The notes under the pieces were generated by a model. The model ran no database searches and had not been told where the DNA came from. It worked only from the letters and a program-made list of their open reading frames with translations. 64,000 bases of DNA from Mustelus asterias (Eukaryota). Position 1 is the first letter of the stretch. Each line of letters starts with the position of its first letter. The position numbers were made by a program, and so were the translations under genes. The stretch spans positions 1,116,001 through 1,180,000 of the forward strand of contig NC_135823.1 in NCBI RefSeq assembly GCF_964213995.1, in the 5' to 3' direction. Below, piece after piece: positions 23,186-35,062 of this stretch.

Positions 23186-23202
23186 GTGTGTGCGTGGGTG
23201 TG
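23129..23202. repeat. (TG)n microsatellite
   Basis: Direct observation. Confidence 0.9.
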
Positions 23203-23208
23203 TTATTC

Positions 23209-23900
23209 GAACATAAGAACATAAGAAATAGGAGCAGGAGTAGGCCATCTAGCCCCTCGAGGCTGCCCCGCCATTCAATAAGATCATGGCTGATCTGAAA
23301 TGGACCAGTTCCACTTACATGCCTGATCCCTATAACCCCTAATTCCTTTACTGATCAGGAATCCATCGATCCGCGATTTAAACATATTCAACGAGGTAGC
23401 CTCCACCACTTCAGTTGGCAGAGAATTCCAGAGACTCACCACCCTCTGAGAGAAGACGTTCCTCCTCAACTCTGTCCTAAACTGACCCCCCTTTATTTTG
23501 AGGCTGTGCCCTCTAGTTCCAGTTTGCTTTCTAAGTGGAAAGAATCTCTCCACCTCTACCCTATCCAGCCCCTTCATTATCTTATAGGTCTCTATAAGAT
23601 CCCCCTCAGCCTTCTAAATTCCAACAAGTACAAACCCAATCTGCTCCGTCTCTCCTCATAATCAACACCCCTCATCTCTGGTATCAACCTGGTGAATCTT
23701 CTCTGCACTCCCTCCAAGGCCAATATATCCTTCCGCAAATAAGAGAACCAATACTGCACACAGTATTCCAGCTGCGGCCTCACCAACACCCTGGACAGAT
23801 GCTGCAAGACATCTCTGCTTTTATAGTCTACCCCCTTGCGATATAGGCCAACATCCCATTTGCCATCTTGATCACCTGTTGCACCTGCAGACTGGGTTTG
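23209..23900 (-). mobile_element. CR1 3' fragment
   Basis: LVRPQLEYCVQYW...FSQRVVSLWNSLP; (GAACATAA)n tail. Confidence 0.85.
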
Positions 23901-23952
23901 TCTGGCATTACCCCGCAGAAGGTCGATTGGTGAAGGTCTTTGTGTTTGTGTA

Positions 23953-24003
<51 letters not shown>

Positions 24004-24235
24004 ATGAGAGAAATTCTGGCGATGTGTCTGTGTTGGTGTGTGATTCTGACATGGACCAGCAGAGAGTGGATTGGTAAAGTTGGCTGTGTTTGTGTGTGTG
24101 CACGTGTGTGCGGGAGGCAGAGAGCGAGAAAGATTCTGGCTGTGATGTGTGAGAGAGACAGAGATTCTGATTGTGCGTGCGAGTGTCTGTGTGTGTGAGA
24201 GAGGCAGATAGATTCAGGCTGTGTGGGTCTGTCTG

Positions 24236-25760
24236 TTGATTTGATTTATTATTGTCACGTGTATTAGTAAACAGTGAAAGGTATTGTTTCTTATGCGCTA
24301 TACAAGCAAAGCGCATCGCACATGGAGAATGAAAGGAGAGGGTGTCGAGTGCAATTTCACAGTCATAGCTAGGGTGTAGAGAAATATCAACTCAATGCAA
24401 GATAGGTCCATTCAACGTCTGATGGCAGCAGGGAAGAAGCTGTTCTTGAGTTGCTTGGTCAGTGACCGCATAATTTTGTAGCTTTTTCCCGACTGAAGGT
24501 AGAAGGTAGAAGAGAGAACTTCGTAGTTCGTGTGGTCCTTAATTTTGCTGGCTGCTTTGCCGAGGCTGTGGGAATTGTAGACAGAATCAATGGATGCGAG
24601 GCTGGATTGCGTGATGGATTGGGCTACGTTCAAGTCCTTTTGTCGTTTCCTGCGCTCTTGTGCAGAGCAGGAGCCATACCAAGCTGTGATACAACCAGAA
24701 ATAATGCTTTCTATGGATTACCTGTAAAATTTTGTGAGAGCCGTAGCAGACATGCCAAATTCCCTTCGTAGTGTGGGAAATAAGAGGCGTTGGTGGCTTT
24801 CTTAACTATCGTGTCGGTATGTGGGGACCAGGACATCGTGTTGGTAATCTGGAAACCTAAAAGCTTTCCACCATTTTTAATTCGTCCCCGTTGATTTCGA
24901 CAGGGGCATGTTCTCCACTACGCTTCCGGAAGTTGATGACAATCTCCTTCGTTCAGCTGACATTGAGGAAGAGATTATTGTCGTCGGAACATTTCACCAC
25001 ATTATCTATCTGAGTCCTTTACTCTGCCTCGTCATTGTTTGAGATCGACCCACTGCCGTGGTCAGTAAACTTCAAAATCGTGTTCGAGGGGAATTTGGCC
25101 ACACAGTCATCGGTGTACAAGAAGTATAATAGGGGGCTGCGAACACAGCCTTGTGGGGCACCGTTGTTGAGGATAATCGTGAAGGAAGTATTGTTTCCTG
25201 CCCTCACTGATTATGATCCGTGTGTTCGGGAGTTCTGGATCCAGTCGCAAAGGGAGAACTGAGGCCCAGGCCACGGAGTTTGGAGATGAGTTTCGTAGGA
25301 GAAAAGGCTGAGCTGTCGTCAATGAATAAGACTTTGGCATCGGGGTCTTTGTGATCTCGGTGTTCCAGGGTTGAGTTCAGGGCCAGAGATTGGAGTAAGT
25401 TGTGGATCCGTTGCGGCGGTAGGCGAAATGTAATGGATCCAGGCAGTCCCGGAGGCTGGATTTGCTTCATACCATGAAAAGCCTTTCAAAGCACTTCTTA
25501 ATGATTAATGTCAGAGCCACCGGACGACAGTCATTAAGGCAGACTGCTTGGCTTTTCTTTTGTACCCGGGTAATGATTGTCTTCTTGAAGCAGGTAGGGA
25601 CCTCAGATTGTTGTCAACAGAGGTTGAAGATGTCTGCGAATATCCCCACCAGCTGATCCACGTAGGATCTGCGTGCTCCATCGGGTACCGCATCCGGGCC
25701 AGTCGCTTTCCGCAGGTTCACCTTCGAGAAGGCTGCTCTGACATCTACAATGGTTACATC
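24236..25760 (-). mobile_element. Rex1/Babar-like LINE 3' portion
   Basis: GAPQGCVRSPLLY, LKNSFFPAAIR motifs, (AATCA)n tail. Confidence 0.8.
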
Positions 25761-26139
25761 TGCACGAGTATTTGACAGGGCCTTGTGGCCATGAACCCCA
25801 CGGCTGAATCTGAGGAAACTGAGACAACTAACACGTCTGCAGCGAACAAAATGGCTTTGGTTGCTGCTTCAGCTGTAAATGTCCAACAGGAAGAATTCTC
25901 AAAACATGATGGGAAAATGAGCCTACCCTGCAAATTCCGTGAGCCGAGGAGAGTTGCAAAGCCAGTTCTAATAAATTGGCTGAAAGCAAATTACTGCGGA
26001 TGCTGGAATCTAAAATAAAAACAGAAAATACTGGAAAATCTCAGCAGGTCTGACAGCATCAGTTGACAGAGAATGGAACTAATTAATGGAACTAGTCTCC
26101 TTCCCCACCCACCGCCAGCCCCACCTCCCCTTCGCCCCA

Positions 26140-27394
26140 AATTCTCTGACTGGATGTAGGGCTGTGCAATGTTATTGGCAGCTTATGAATATCTTCAGCA
26201 ACAGTGCCCTGGAATCTAGACAGATAATGTTGATGCATTGAGTCACCTCTCATTCGCACAACCCTGGCACATTTACCAATATTGGAAGAGGTTAAGTTGA
26301 CTCTAAGTATTTTGGAGACCTTGCCAGTGTCAAGAGTGCAAATTAAAGCCTCGCCACAAATGCTCCTATCTTATCTAAAATTCATCGCCTGATCCTACAC
26401 GGCAGATTCCAAGGACCACCCTCTGAAGACATGTAAACATACAACATTAGGAAGCTTACTTCGTGCTGAGGACAGGGTAAAACCTGCGATGCCGATTACT
26501 TTTCCACCTCTTGGACGGCCTCCAAATTAACGCAACTAAACAAGCCACCTCCGCCTCCCCCCCCCCCCCCCCGCCGCCCCCCTCCTCCCCCCCCCCTCCC
26601 CCCCCCCCCCCCAGAGTATTCGAAATAGCTGGCTTGGAGTTACGTCTGGTGTCCCTTCCTGATTTTGTTATCACAGGTGGTGAAAGAATGCGATCGGTGC
26701 CAGGAAAATCAAAAACTCCCTCCCTTAGCCTTCGGACACATCTGAGAGTGCGCTGGCAGGCCATGGGTGCCTGTGGACTTTTATGTGTTCCTTGGTTTTC
26801 ATCATGGTGCACTTATGTTTAAAGGTGTTGGAAGTGCACCGAATGGACGACACTACTTCTCAGGCTATGATCTAGAAATTATGGCAAAGTGCCAGTGTAT
26901 ATGGAATACCAAGATAGTGGTTTCCCAGAACGGCTTGGACTTTACCGGCGCTGATTTCTAGAAATGCATGCTCTCCAGAGTTTACCAACACGTCTTAACT
27001 GCACCTGACCACTTTTCGACCAATAGACTGGCGGAACGTGAGGTTTAAGACTTTAGTGATGGTATGACGAGCAAACTGGTGGGATGCTTTGGAGACTGAA
27101 CTGGCACATTTTTCGCTCGATTCCAGGAGCACAGCGTACACAACAACCAGTATTGCTCCAGCGATCTGTCAGTGGAAAGATAGTTCAGTGCAAGATTGAG
27201 CTTGCAATTGCCAAACTTTGCAGGAGGGCGGAGTCCAACAGAAACACAAGAAAAAAGAAACAATTATTCTGCCAGGATAGCGCGAACTTTATCCACGGGT
27301 GATCGGGTTCATGTGAGGAACTTGGAGGATATTCCCACGTGGGACCCTGGGATCGTTATTCAGAAATTAGAATCGGTATCGTACAAGGTCAAAG
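26140..27394 (+). mobile_element. Degenerate Gypsy LTR-retrotransposon pol (RNase H end plus integrase)
   Basis: LLAAYEY..PG, NVDALSHL, SYVWCP, CDRCQ, PW...VDF, VVSQNG..FT, TAP.H..TNRLAER, GDRVHVRN...W.PG...SYKV motifs with stops. Confidence 0.85.
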
Positions 27395-27482
27395 GTCCAG
27401 GCAAATGACTCGGGTTCTTACTACTGTGGTGATAAGCATGGCTATGCACTGCTCTAGAATGGACCCACATTACTGGTTGGAG
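27395..27482 (+). pseudogene. Gene B V exon 3' remnant: VQANDSGSYYCGDKHGYALL*NGPTLLVG
   Basis: DSGxYYC plus J-like xNGxTLLV, strong phase-1 donor G|gtaaga, 90-bp intron to C1; stop TAG at 27455-27457. Confidence 0.88.
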
Positions 27483-27572
27483 GTAAGAGAGAAAGTGAAA
27501 TGAATCCAGATTGTGCACAGCAATACCACTGTGTGTAAATTAATCGTTAATTGTGTCCCAATCTCTGTCCAG

Positions 27573-27896
27573 ACAGTTCCACCAACAAGACGACTGTGCT
27601 AGTATTTGTCCAGCCGGGTGAGCTGGAATTGAATGATACAGTGCCCTTTGTGTGTCTGGTCAGTGGAGTTTCTTCCAGCCAGATTATTTTTTTCTGGAAT
27701 ATTTCCGGTCAGGTCACTGACAGATCGAGTGATCCCGGGACAATGGAGGAGGACGGGACCTACAGTATCAGAGGTTACGTCATGGTGTCGGGGCAATTCT
27801 GGAGAAGTGACGGTGTCTGTACTTGTACTGTTGAACCGGGGACTTCAAGGAAATATTGGACGAAGACTGTGTCCTTCTCCAAAGCAGCAGCGACTG
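27573..27896 (+). pseudogene. Gene B C1 exon (DSSTNKTTVLVFVQP...VPFVCLVSG...FFWNISG...DGTYSIRG...WRSDGVCTC...SFSK)
   Basis: Clear C1 domain homologous to gene A C1; the expected phase-1 donor reads G|gg instead of G|gt, so the end is approximate. Confidence 0.85.
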
Positions 27897-29139
27897 GGAC
27901 AGATGAGGTGCTAATTTCCAACATGATGGTGAGAATTCAACTCCGAATACTAAGATACTAAGGAACCAGATACTAAGAAACTGAAGACTGTGAATCTCCA
28001 ATTTAAACTATGTTCACCCCATCACTAGGCCGATGGGATTTTCACAGTAGCTTCATTGCAATGTGAATGTAAGCCTTCTTGTGACACTAATACATAAAGT
28101 TTAAATATTTGCCCTTCAAGCCACAATGAGGGCGGTACGGTGGCACAGTGGTTAGCACTGCTGCCTCACAACGCCATGTACCATAGTTTAATTCCAGACT
28201 TGTGTCACTGTGCAGAGTTTGCATGTTCTCTCCGCGTCTGCGTGGGTTTCCTCCCGGTGCTCCTGTTTACTCCAAGAGTCCGAAAGACGTGCTGTCGAGG
28301 TTAATTTGCTATGTCAAATTTCCTTCAGTGTACCTGAACAAGCGCTGGAGTGTGGCGATGAAGGGATTTTCACACTAACTTTATTGTCGTGTTAATGTAA
28401 ACCTACTTGTGACACCACTCAATAAACGTAAACGCATCTGTTTTCCCTGTTGAAAGTTATTATTGATTCTGCTTGCACCGACCGTTTCAGACAATGGATT
28501 TTGGAATTGAGTTGGGGTCAGTCCAAACGTGGATGCGCTTTACGTTCAGAAAGCAATAAAGAGTTGATTTTTTTTTCTGAGGCATTAGCTCAATTTCCCA
28601 GAATCTCACTTCACAATCCCCCGTTTCCGTGTTTTACCTGTTTAATTTTAAACTACTAATTTCTGCAATCCAATCTCATTAAAGTCAGGACCTAAAGCAG
28701 CACAGAATTTGGATTTTTAGATTATTTTACACTGTTTTGGTCTTGTGATCTGAACCACGTCTGAAAGGCCAATGGAAGCATATATAACAATACATTTCAC
28801 AACTGGAATTGCATGTGGACTCGGTGGTGAGAAATGTGCAAGGCTGTGAGGAAAAAGTAGGTGGAGTAGCACTATTTCAATAGATCTTTCAAAGACGCAG
28901 CGCGGATAATGTGGGCCTGTATAGTTATTGGATTCAATTTTCAAGTAAGTGTTGGCCTTTACCATACCAAATTAATACACTCTGAATGTGGAACTATCCT
29001 GACAGGTCTGTCACATTATTGATCCCTACACGCAAACATTATGTCATTCATCCCATCCTGTACATTCACGGATTGCAAGCAGTTCCATATGTTGCTTATT
29101 TTTATTTCACTTCCGAGTTTGAGGTTACCACTTTTTAAC

Positions 29140-29790
29140 TGTTTTCTAAATTAATCCGTGGGACATGGGGGTCGCTGGTTAGTTATGCATTTATTGCCCC
29201 TCCCTAATTGCCCGTGAGAAAGTGGTGATGGGCTGCCTTCTTGAAAAGCTTTAGTCCACCTTTTGTGGTTGACCCGCAGAACTGTTGGGGAGTAAATTCC
29301 AGGACATTGACCCAGCGACTGCGAAGGAATGGTGAAATGTTTACTAGTCTAGATATTGAGTGGCCTGGAGGGGGACGTGCAGCTGGTGTCCTTGTCCTTC
29401 TAGATGGAAGTGGCCGTGGGCTTGGAAAATGCTCTCTCAGGATCTTTGGTGACTTGCTGCAGTGCGTCTTGTAGATTCGAGACACAGCTGCTTCTAAGCA
29501 TCGGTTGATGGAGGCAGTGGATGTTTGTTGATGTGGTGACATTCAAGCGGTTTGCTTTGTCCTGGATGGTATCAAAGCTTCTTGAGTGTTGTTGCAGCTG
29601 CAACCAAGCAGGAAAGTGGCGAGTGATCCATCACATTTCTGGCTTGTGCTTTGTAGATTATGGACAGGATTTGGAGAGTCAAGGAGGTGCGTTACTCTCC
29701 GCAGGATTCCCAGCCTCTGACCTACTCATGTAGTCACTGTGTTTAAGTGGCAATTTCAGTTGAGTTTCTGGTCAATGGTAACCCAAGGGA
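29140..29790 (-). mobile_element. CR1-group (L2/Daphne-like) LINE 3' fragment
   Basis: DTIQDKA..RL and SPRPLPSRRTR-like C-terminus; its tail is shared with SINE-like copies at ~13300-13585, 33650-33920, 43210-43370 and 49440-49670. Confidence 0.6.
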
Positions 29791-29918
29791 ATTTGCCAGT
29801 GCCGTGTTTATTGATGGTAACACTATTGAATGTCAAGTGGCGCTGGGTTCAGTTTCCCATCCGAGAAACGCAGAATGATTTGACTTAGCATCAGTTTTTA
29901 AATGTTTTCTCTCTGTAG

Positions 29919-30020
29919 GATGGTGCAATCTGGAACATTCCATTGTCAGAATGGTCCTGCTGATTTTGTGTCTCGTTTTGTTCCTTCTTTCCATTTGGAT
30001 TTGGAAGAGCGGCAGATCAG
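29919..30020 (+). pseudogene. Gene B stalk+TM exon GWCNLEHSIVRMVLLILCLVLFLLSIWIWKSGRS
   Basis: ttttctctctgtag acceptor, G|gtgagg donor, phase 1-1, stalk Cys and N-terminal TM Arg. Confidence 0.8.
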
Positions 30021-30117
30021 GTGAGGAATAATGCTCAGGAGGGACAATGTTATTAGTGTTAATCCAATGCTATTCTCCTCTTAGTTTTATATTGCTGATC
30101 ACAATGTCCTGTTTCAG

Positions 30118-30148
30118 GAGAGCGAGCTAAGGGAACCGAAAATAAAAG
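30118..30148 (+). pseudogene. Gene B first cytoplasmic exon (GERAKGTENK)
   Basis: gtttcag acceptor 97 bp after the TM exon, AG|gtgagc donor. Confidence 0.65.
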
Positions 30149-30714
30149 GTGAGCACTGAGCCATTTCCAAATTCATTCCGGATGCTCTCTCTATATATAA
30201 TACTGTGGTAAACACAGTTCAAAACCACCAGTGATTCAATGGTATACGTTCAAGTGTTTCAGTTTTTAAAAATGAGTTTCCTTTCTTTCAAGTATTTCTG
30301 CCTTCTGGGGCAGGATTTGCAGGATCTAACTCTTGTTTAAAACTTTTTTTCCTGACCCAGTTTTAGCTTGAGGGAGACAACACAGAAAGGGGGGCGAAAA
30401 TAGAGACAAACAGATGAGTTGCATTCAAATGTGAGCATAGATCCAATATAATGGAACAGAAGTATCATAGAATCCTTGAGAGCAGAAGGAGATCTTTCGG
30501 ACCATTCAACCTGCACCAACAAGAATCCACCCAGGCCCTATTTCGTAATGTATTTACCCCTTTCATCACCCTGACTCAAAGCGGCAATTGGGCATGGCCA
30601 TTCCACATAACCTGCACATCTTTGGAGATTAGCGGACAAAATAGCAAGACCAATTCACCTAACCTACAAACATTTGGACACCAAGTGGCAATTTAGCATG
30701 ACCAATCCACCTGG

Positions 30715-31805
30715 TGTGTGTGTGTCTGTTTGTGAGTGTGCGTGCGTGCGTGCGCGCGCGCGCGCGCACTCGTGTGTGAGATAGATTACCTCTCTGTGTA
30801 TCCCTTTTGATGCATCGCTGCGAGATTGTACATGTGGTATGTGAGATTCTCTGACTATGTATCTATTTGTCCTTGTCGATGTCTGGTTGTGTGCGTGTGT
30901 TTGTGTGTGTGTGTGTATGTGTGCGTGTGCGTGTGTGTCTGTCTGCCGTTCTCTTGTCTGTGTATTTCTCTATTTGTGTTAGTGTGAGATTGTGTATGTG
31001 CAGGTGCGTGACACTGTCTCTGCATGTATCGATGTGAGATTGTGCAGGTGTGAGCGAGAGAGAGTTATGTTCTCTGCCTGTGTATACCCCTGTATGTGAA
31101 GATGTGACATTGTGTTTGTGCGTTTGTGTTTTGTTTATGGGTGTTTGTATCTGCATGTGTGTCCAGGAGAGAGGGAGAGGCTGCGAGGGAGAGAGAGAAA
31201 GAGAGAGAGAGAGAGAGACTGTGTATTTGAGGGAGATGACGTATGACTGAACGTTTGTGTGACTGCGTGTGTATCTTTGTTTCAGCCTGTGTGTGTGTAT
31301 CTGTGCGTGAGGCTGTGTGTGTGTGTGTGTGTGTGTGTTTGTCGTTCTCTTGTCTATGTATCTCTCTGTGTGTTGGTGTGAGATTGTGTATGTGCAAATG
31401 CTTGACTCTGTCTCTGTATTTTTCTGTATGTATCGGTGTGAGATTTTGTATGTGTGTGTGAGAGAGATAGGTTCTCTGCCTGTGTATATCCTGTATGTGG
31501 ACTTGTGACATTGTGTTTGTGCATTTGCGTTTGTGTGTGGGCGTTTGTATCTGCATGTGTTTCTATGAGAGAGGGAGAGATTGAGAGAGGGGGGAGAGAG
31601 CGAGAGAGACTGTGTCTTTGAGGGACACGTATGGCTAACCGTTTGTGTGACTGCGTGTGTATCTTTGTTTCAGCCTCTGTGTGTGTATCTGTGCCTGAGG
31701 CTGTGCGTGTGTGTGTGTGTGTGTGTGCGTGCGCGCCTCGGTGTTTGTATGTGCATGTGTGTCTGTGTGGGTGGGTATGACAATGTGTCTTTGGATGTGT
31801 GTGCA
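30715..31805. repeat. TG/GA-rich low-complexity region with ~400-bp internal duplication
   Basis: (TG)n, (GA)n and repeated blocks. Confidence 0.8.
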
Positions 31806-31814
31806 TGTGGTTCA

Positions 31815-31990
31815 GTCTTCTCTCTGGTGTTCTGGTCGATATTTAGTCCCTCAACAAATATCTAAAAAATCTAACAATTTGGCTCCCTCATTATTCAAAT
31901 ATTCCGTATGGGGTCACACTGGGTGCAAAGGTGCTGCCGACTTTTCGACGTTAAATTCGGTGAATACAATTTAAAGAAGTCACTGTCAAC
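31815..31990 (+). mobile_element. Old Deu-domain SINE relic
   Basis: Resembles the GGCCAATATTTATCCCTCAAC...GTGCAAA..GCTGCC Deu core; other relics at ~17040-17130 and ~48830-48960. Confidence 0.5.
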
Positions 31991-34900
31991 GACTACGGGT
32001 TCAAGCAGCTACAGAATGGCGCAAAATAATACATCATCTGGTGTCTGAAATTCACTATCTGCTTTGATGGTGGAAATTTTAATTATTTAAAGGGGACCTC
32101 AATCTACATTTAACGTGTTGTAACCTCCGACGCTACGGATTGGGTGCTGGACTGTGGGATTAGAATAGACAGCGAACTTTCTGGCCGGCACAGACATGAC
32201 GGTGGAATGGCCAATTTCAATGCTATATCTGTCCTCTTCTTCAGTGGTTCCAAGACAGTTGATTGTGTGTGGCTGGTTGGGATTAATTCTGAGGGATTTG
32301 CCGAAACACAAGGATTAACAGTGGCACAGTTGTTTGCACTGCTGGGCCACAGCGCCAGGATCCGAGTTCGATTCCTTGGGTCCCTGGCTGTGGAGGTTCC
32401 ACGTTTTCACTGTGTCTGTATGGGTTTCCTCCGGTTGCTCCAATTTCCTCCCAAAGCCCAAAAATGTGTACGTAAAATGGTCCTTAGTCTCCCAAGATGT
32501 GCAGGTTAAAGAGATTAGCCATTGTATATGTGTGGCGTTACAGGGATAGGATGGGGGAGAAGGCCTGGGTATGATATCCTGTCAGAGAGTGGGCGCGGAT
32601 TCGATGGGCTGCATGGCCTCAATTTGCACTGTAGGATTTCTATGATACCTGAAGGGCCTTGATAGGATAGATGCTGAGATGGTGGTCAAGGAATCTGGAA
32701 CATAACATATGCGGCATGGTAGCAGTGTTTAGCAACTGTTGCCTCACAGCTCCAGGGAGCTGGGTTCGATTCCCAGCTGGGTACACAGTCTCTATGGGGT
32801 TTACACGTTCTCCCCCTGTCTGCGTGGGTTTCCGCTGGGTGCTCCGGTTTACTTCCCCAGTCCAAAGATATGTGGGTTAGTTACTTTGGACATGCTAAAT
32901 TCCCCCTTAGTGTCCCAGGATGTGTCTGTTAGAGGGATCAGCGGGGTAAATGCGTGGGGTTACGGGGATTGGGTTACGATGGGTTGGATTGCTGTCGGTG
33001 CAGACTCGATGGGCCGAATGGTCTCCTTCTGCACTGTAGGGTTTCTATGATTTTATGATATGGGGAAACATGGTAATCGGATTGGGTGCCTAACAGTCAT
33101 CGAATTGCTGAATGACATAGTAATTCCTGTGTTAGGTCGCATTCCAACTTTTTCTACTCTGTCACTACTTTATTTCAGTTAATTTCCGTCTACAGGTGCT
33201 GGGTCGTTGAGGATTTTCAAGGCTGAGACAGACAGATTCAGAATCAAGAAGGGAATTAAGGGTTATGCAAATAAGGTGGGAAAATGGAGTTGACAACTGC
33301 CACATCAGAACAGCCATGAACTCATTGAATGGCGGAGCAGACTCTATGGGCAGAATGGCCTGCTTCTGCTCCTGTGTCTTATGGTCTTGTAATGGCAGGG
33401 TCCATATCCTCCATGGACACATTAAGCCACCAATTCTCGAATTGCGATGGAGGCCAATGGAAGTGTATTGAACAGATACTTTCAAAAGGGAATTGGATAA
33501 GTATTTGTTGGAAAGAGCATTGCTGAGAATTATGGGGAAATTTAAAATGAACCTTGGACTAAATGAAAGACGATGGCCGAGTGCTATTATCGATAGACAG
33601 TCGTCCCATAGTGAACAAATGTTTTGGAGACACGGTTTCGACTTCTGCCACAGCATATGGTGGAATTTGAATTCAACAAATAATACCTGGAATTAAGAAT
33701 CTACTGAGGACCATGAAACCATTGCCGATTGTCAGAAAAAAAAGCAGTTGCTTCAGTAATAACCTTTAGGGAAGGAAATCTGTCGTCCATATCTGGTCTG
33801 GCCTAGATGTGACTCCAGAGCCACAGAAATGGGATCGACTGCCCCCTGAACAAGGACAACTAGGGATGGGCAATCAATGCTGTCCAGCCAGGGACGCCCA
33901 TGTCCCACGAATGCATAAATAATGCATAGCTCTTTCAAAATCCAACATTCTAAGCAGTATCATTCTATGATTTTATGTAACGCGTTTGAGGTTCGCGACA
34001 ATCTTAAATGTTGATGGGCCAAAGGCCTCCATCTGCACTGTATGGATTCTATAAGTCCCTACGATGATTCTATGACGTGGGAATGTTTCTGAGTTGACCT
34101 CTCTGCGCCTCCCTGGGGTTGGCCACTTTGGAAAGGAGATCAAAAAAGAAGGCGGGTCGAAAATGAGAATCCGAATGATGAATTATGGAGGAGGAATCAT
34201 TTCCCGAAAATCCCACAGCTTCGTGGAAATAACAAGAAGCCAAGCCAACTCCTTTCAAACCGTCGCATTTTCCAAAGATTGGCTCCAAGATTGGACTTTG
34301 AGTTTGGTATATTCCACTGGAACCGTGCTCATTAACAGTGGAAGAAACATTGAGCAATACTCAGAGACATTCCTTAGATTCTCTCCAAATGTACTGGTGA
34401 TTGTATATCTTTCATGGCTCGCAAAGACTATCCTTCTTTGCAACTGCCGATGCCTGAATATCAATTAATTATTCTACCTTTATAACGATGATTTGTCTTG
34501 ATTTTTATCGAAAATAATCTTACATGAAATGTAATCTTTATGATACTGCGATTTCTGTTGAGCTGGCATTTGCAGCCCAGGATTCAGATGTGTGTCACTG
34601 CTTGAGTTGTGAACGTCTATAGGTGCGTTGAGTTGTGAACGTTTGAGCATTTAGAGAATTGGAATGCAATAAGAGCGGGACCTTTACAGCAATGGTTTAT
34701 TCCTCTTTTACCAGCGCTTAAAGTTACTATTCTCCTCCTCCTCCTGTATATGCTAGCAATAGGAGGCCATTCAGCCGTTCGTTGAGTTTATTTCTGCCGA
34801 GGTAGATCAATATATTAACTCCATGAACTCGGGTCGCATAAATGAAGTTCTATCCAGTTATCAAACGACAATCTATCCATTTCTGTTCTAACTGTTTCAA

Positions 34901-35062
34901 TTCAGCCCCGGCCTCAGCAGTTATTGAAGTTAAGAGTTACAGAGTACTCCTCTCCATTGTTTGAGGAAATGTGAACAAGTCACAATTCAATACACAGCCT
35001 TCTTTATCGAGCAAAACAACCTCCAACCACACTCACCAGGCCTTGTTCTTGTCTCATCCCAC

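Larger units (their letters stand above)
15973..30148 (+). pseudogene. Gene B: VJ-C1-TM(Arg) activating-type paralog, disabled; terminal exon not identified
   Basis: Degenerate leader 15973-16020, V 3' remnant 27395-27482 with an in-frame TAG, C1 27573-~27896, TM 29919-30020, cytoplasmic exon 30118-30148. Confidence 0.72.

Noticed and set aside
31977-32120. Possible further cytoplasmic exons of gene B
   Set aside because: The acceptor falls in a Deu-SINE relic, splice signals are poor and there is no paralog support
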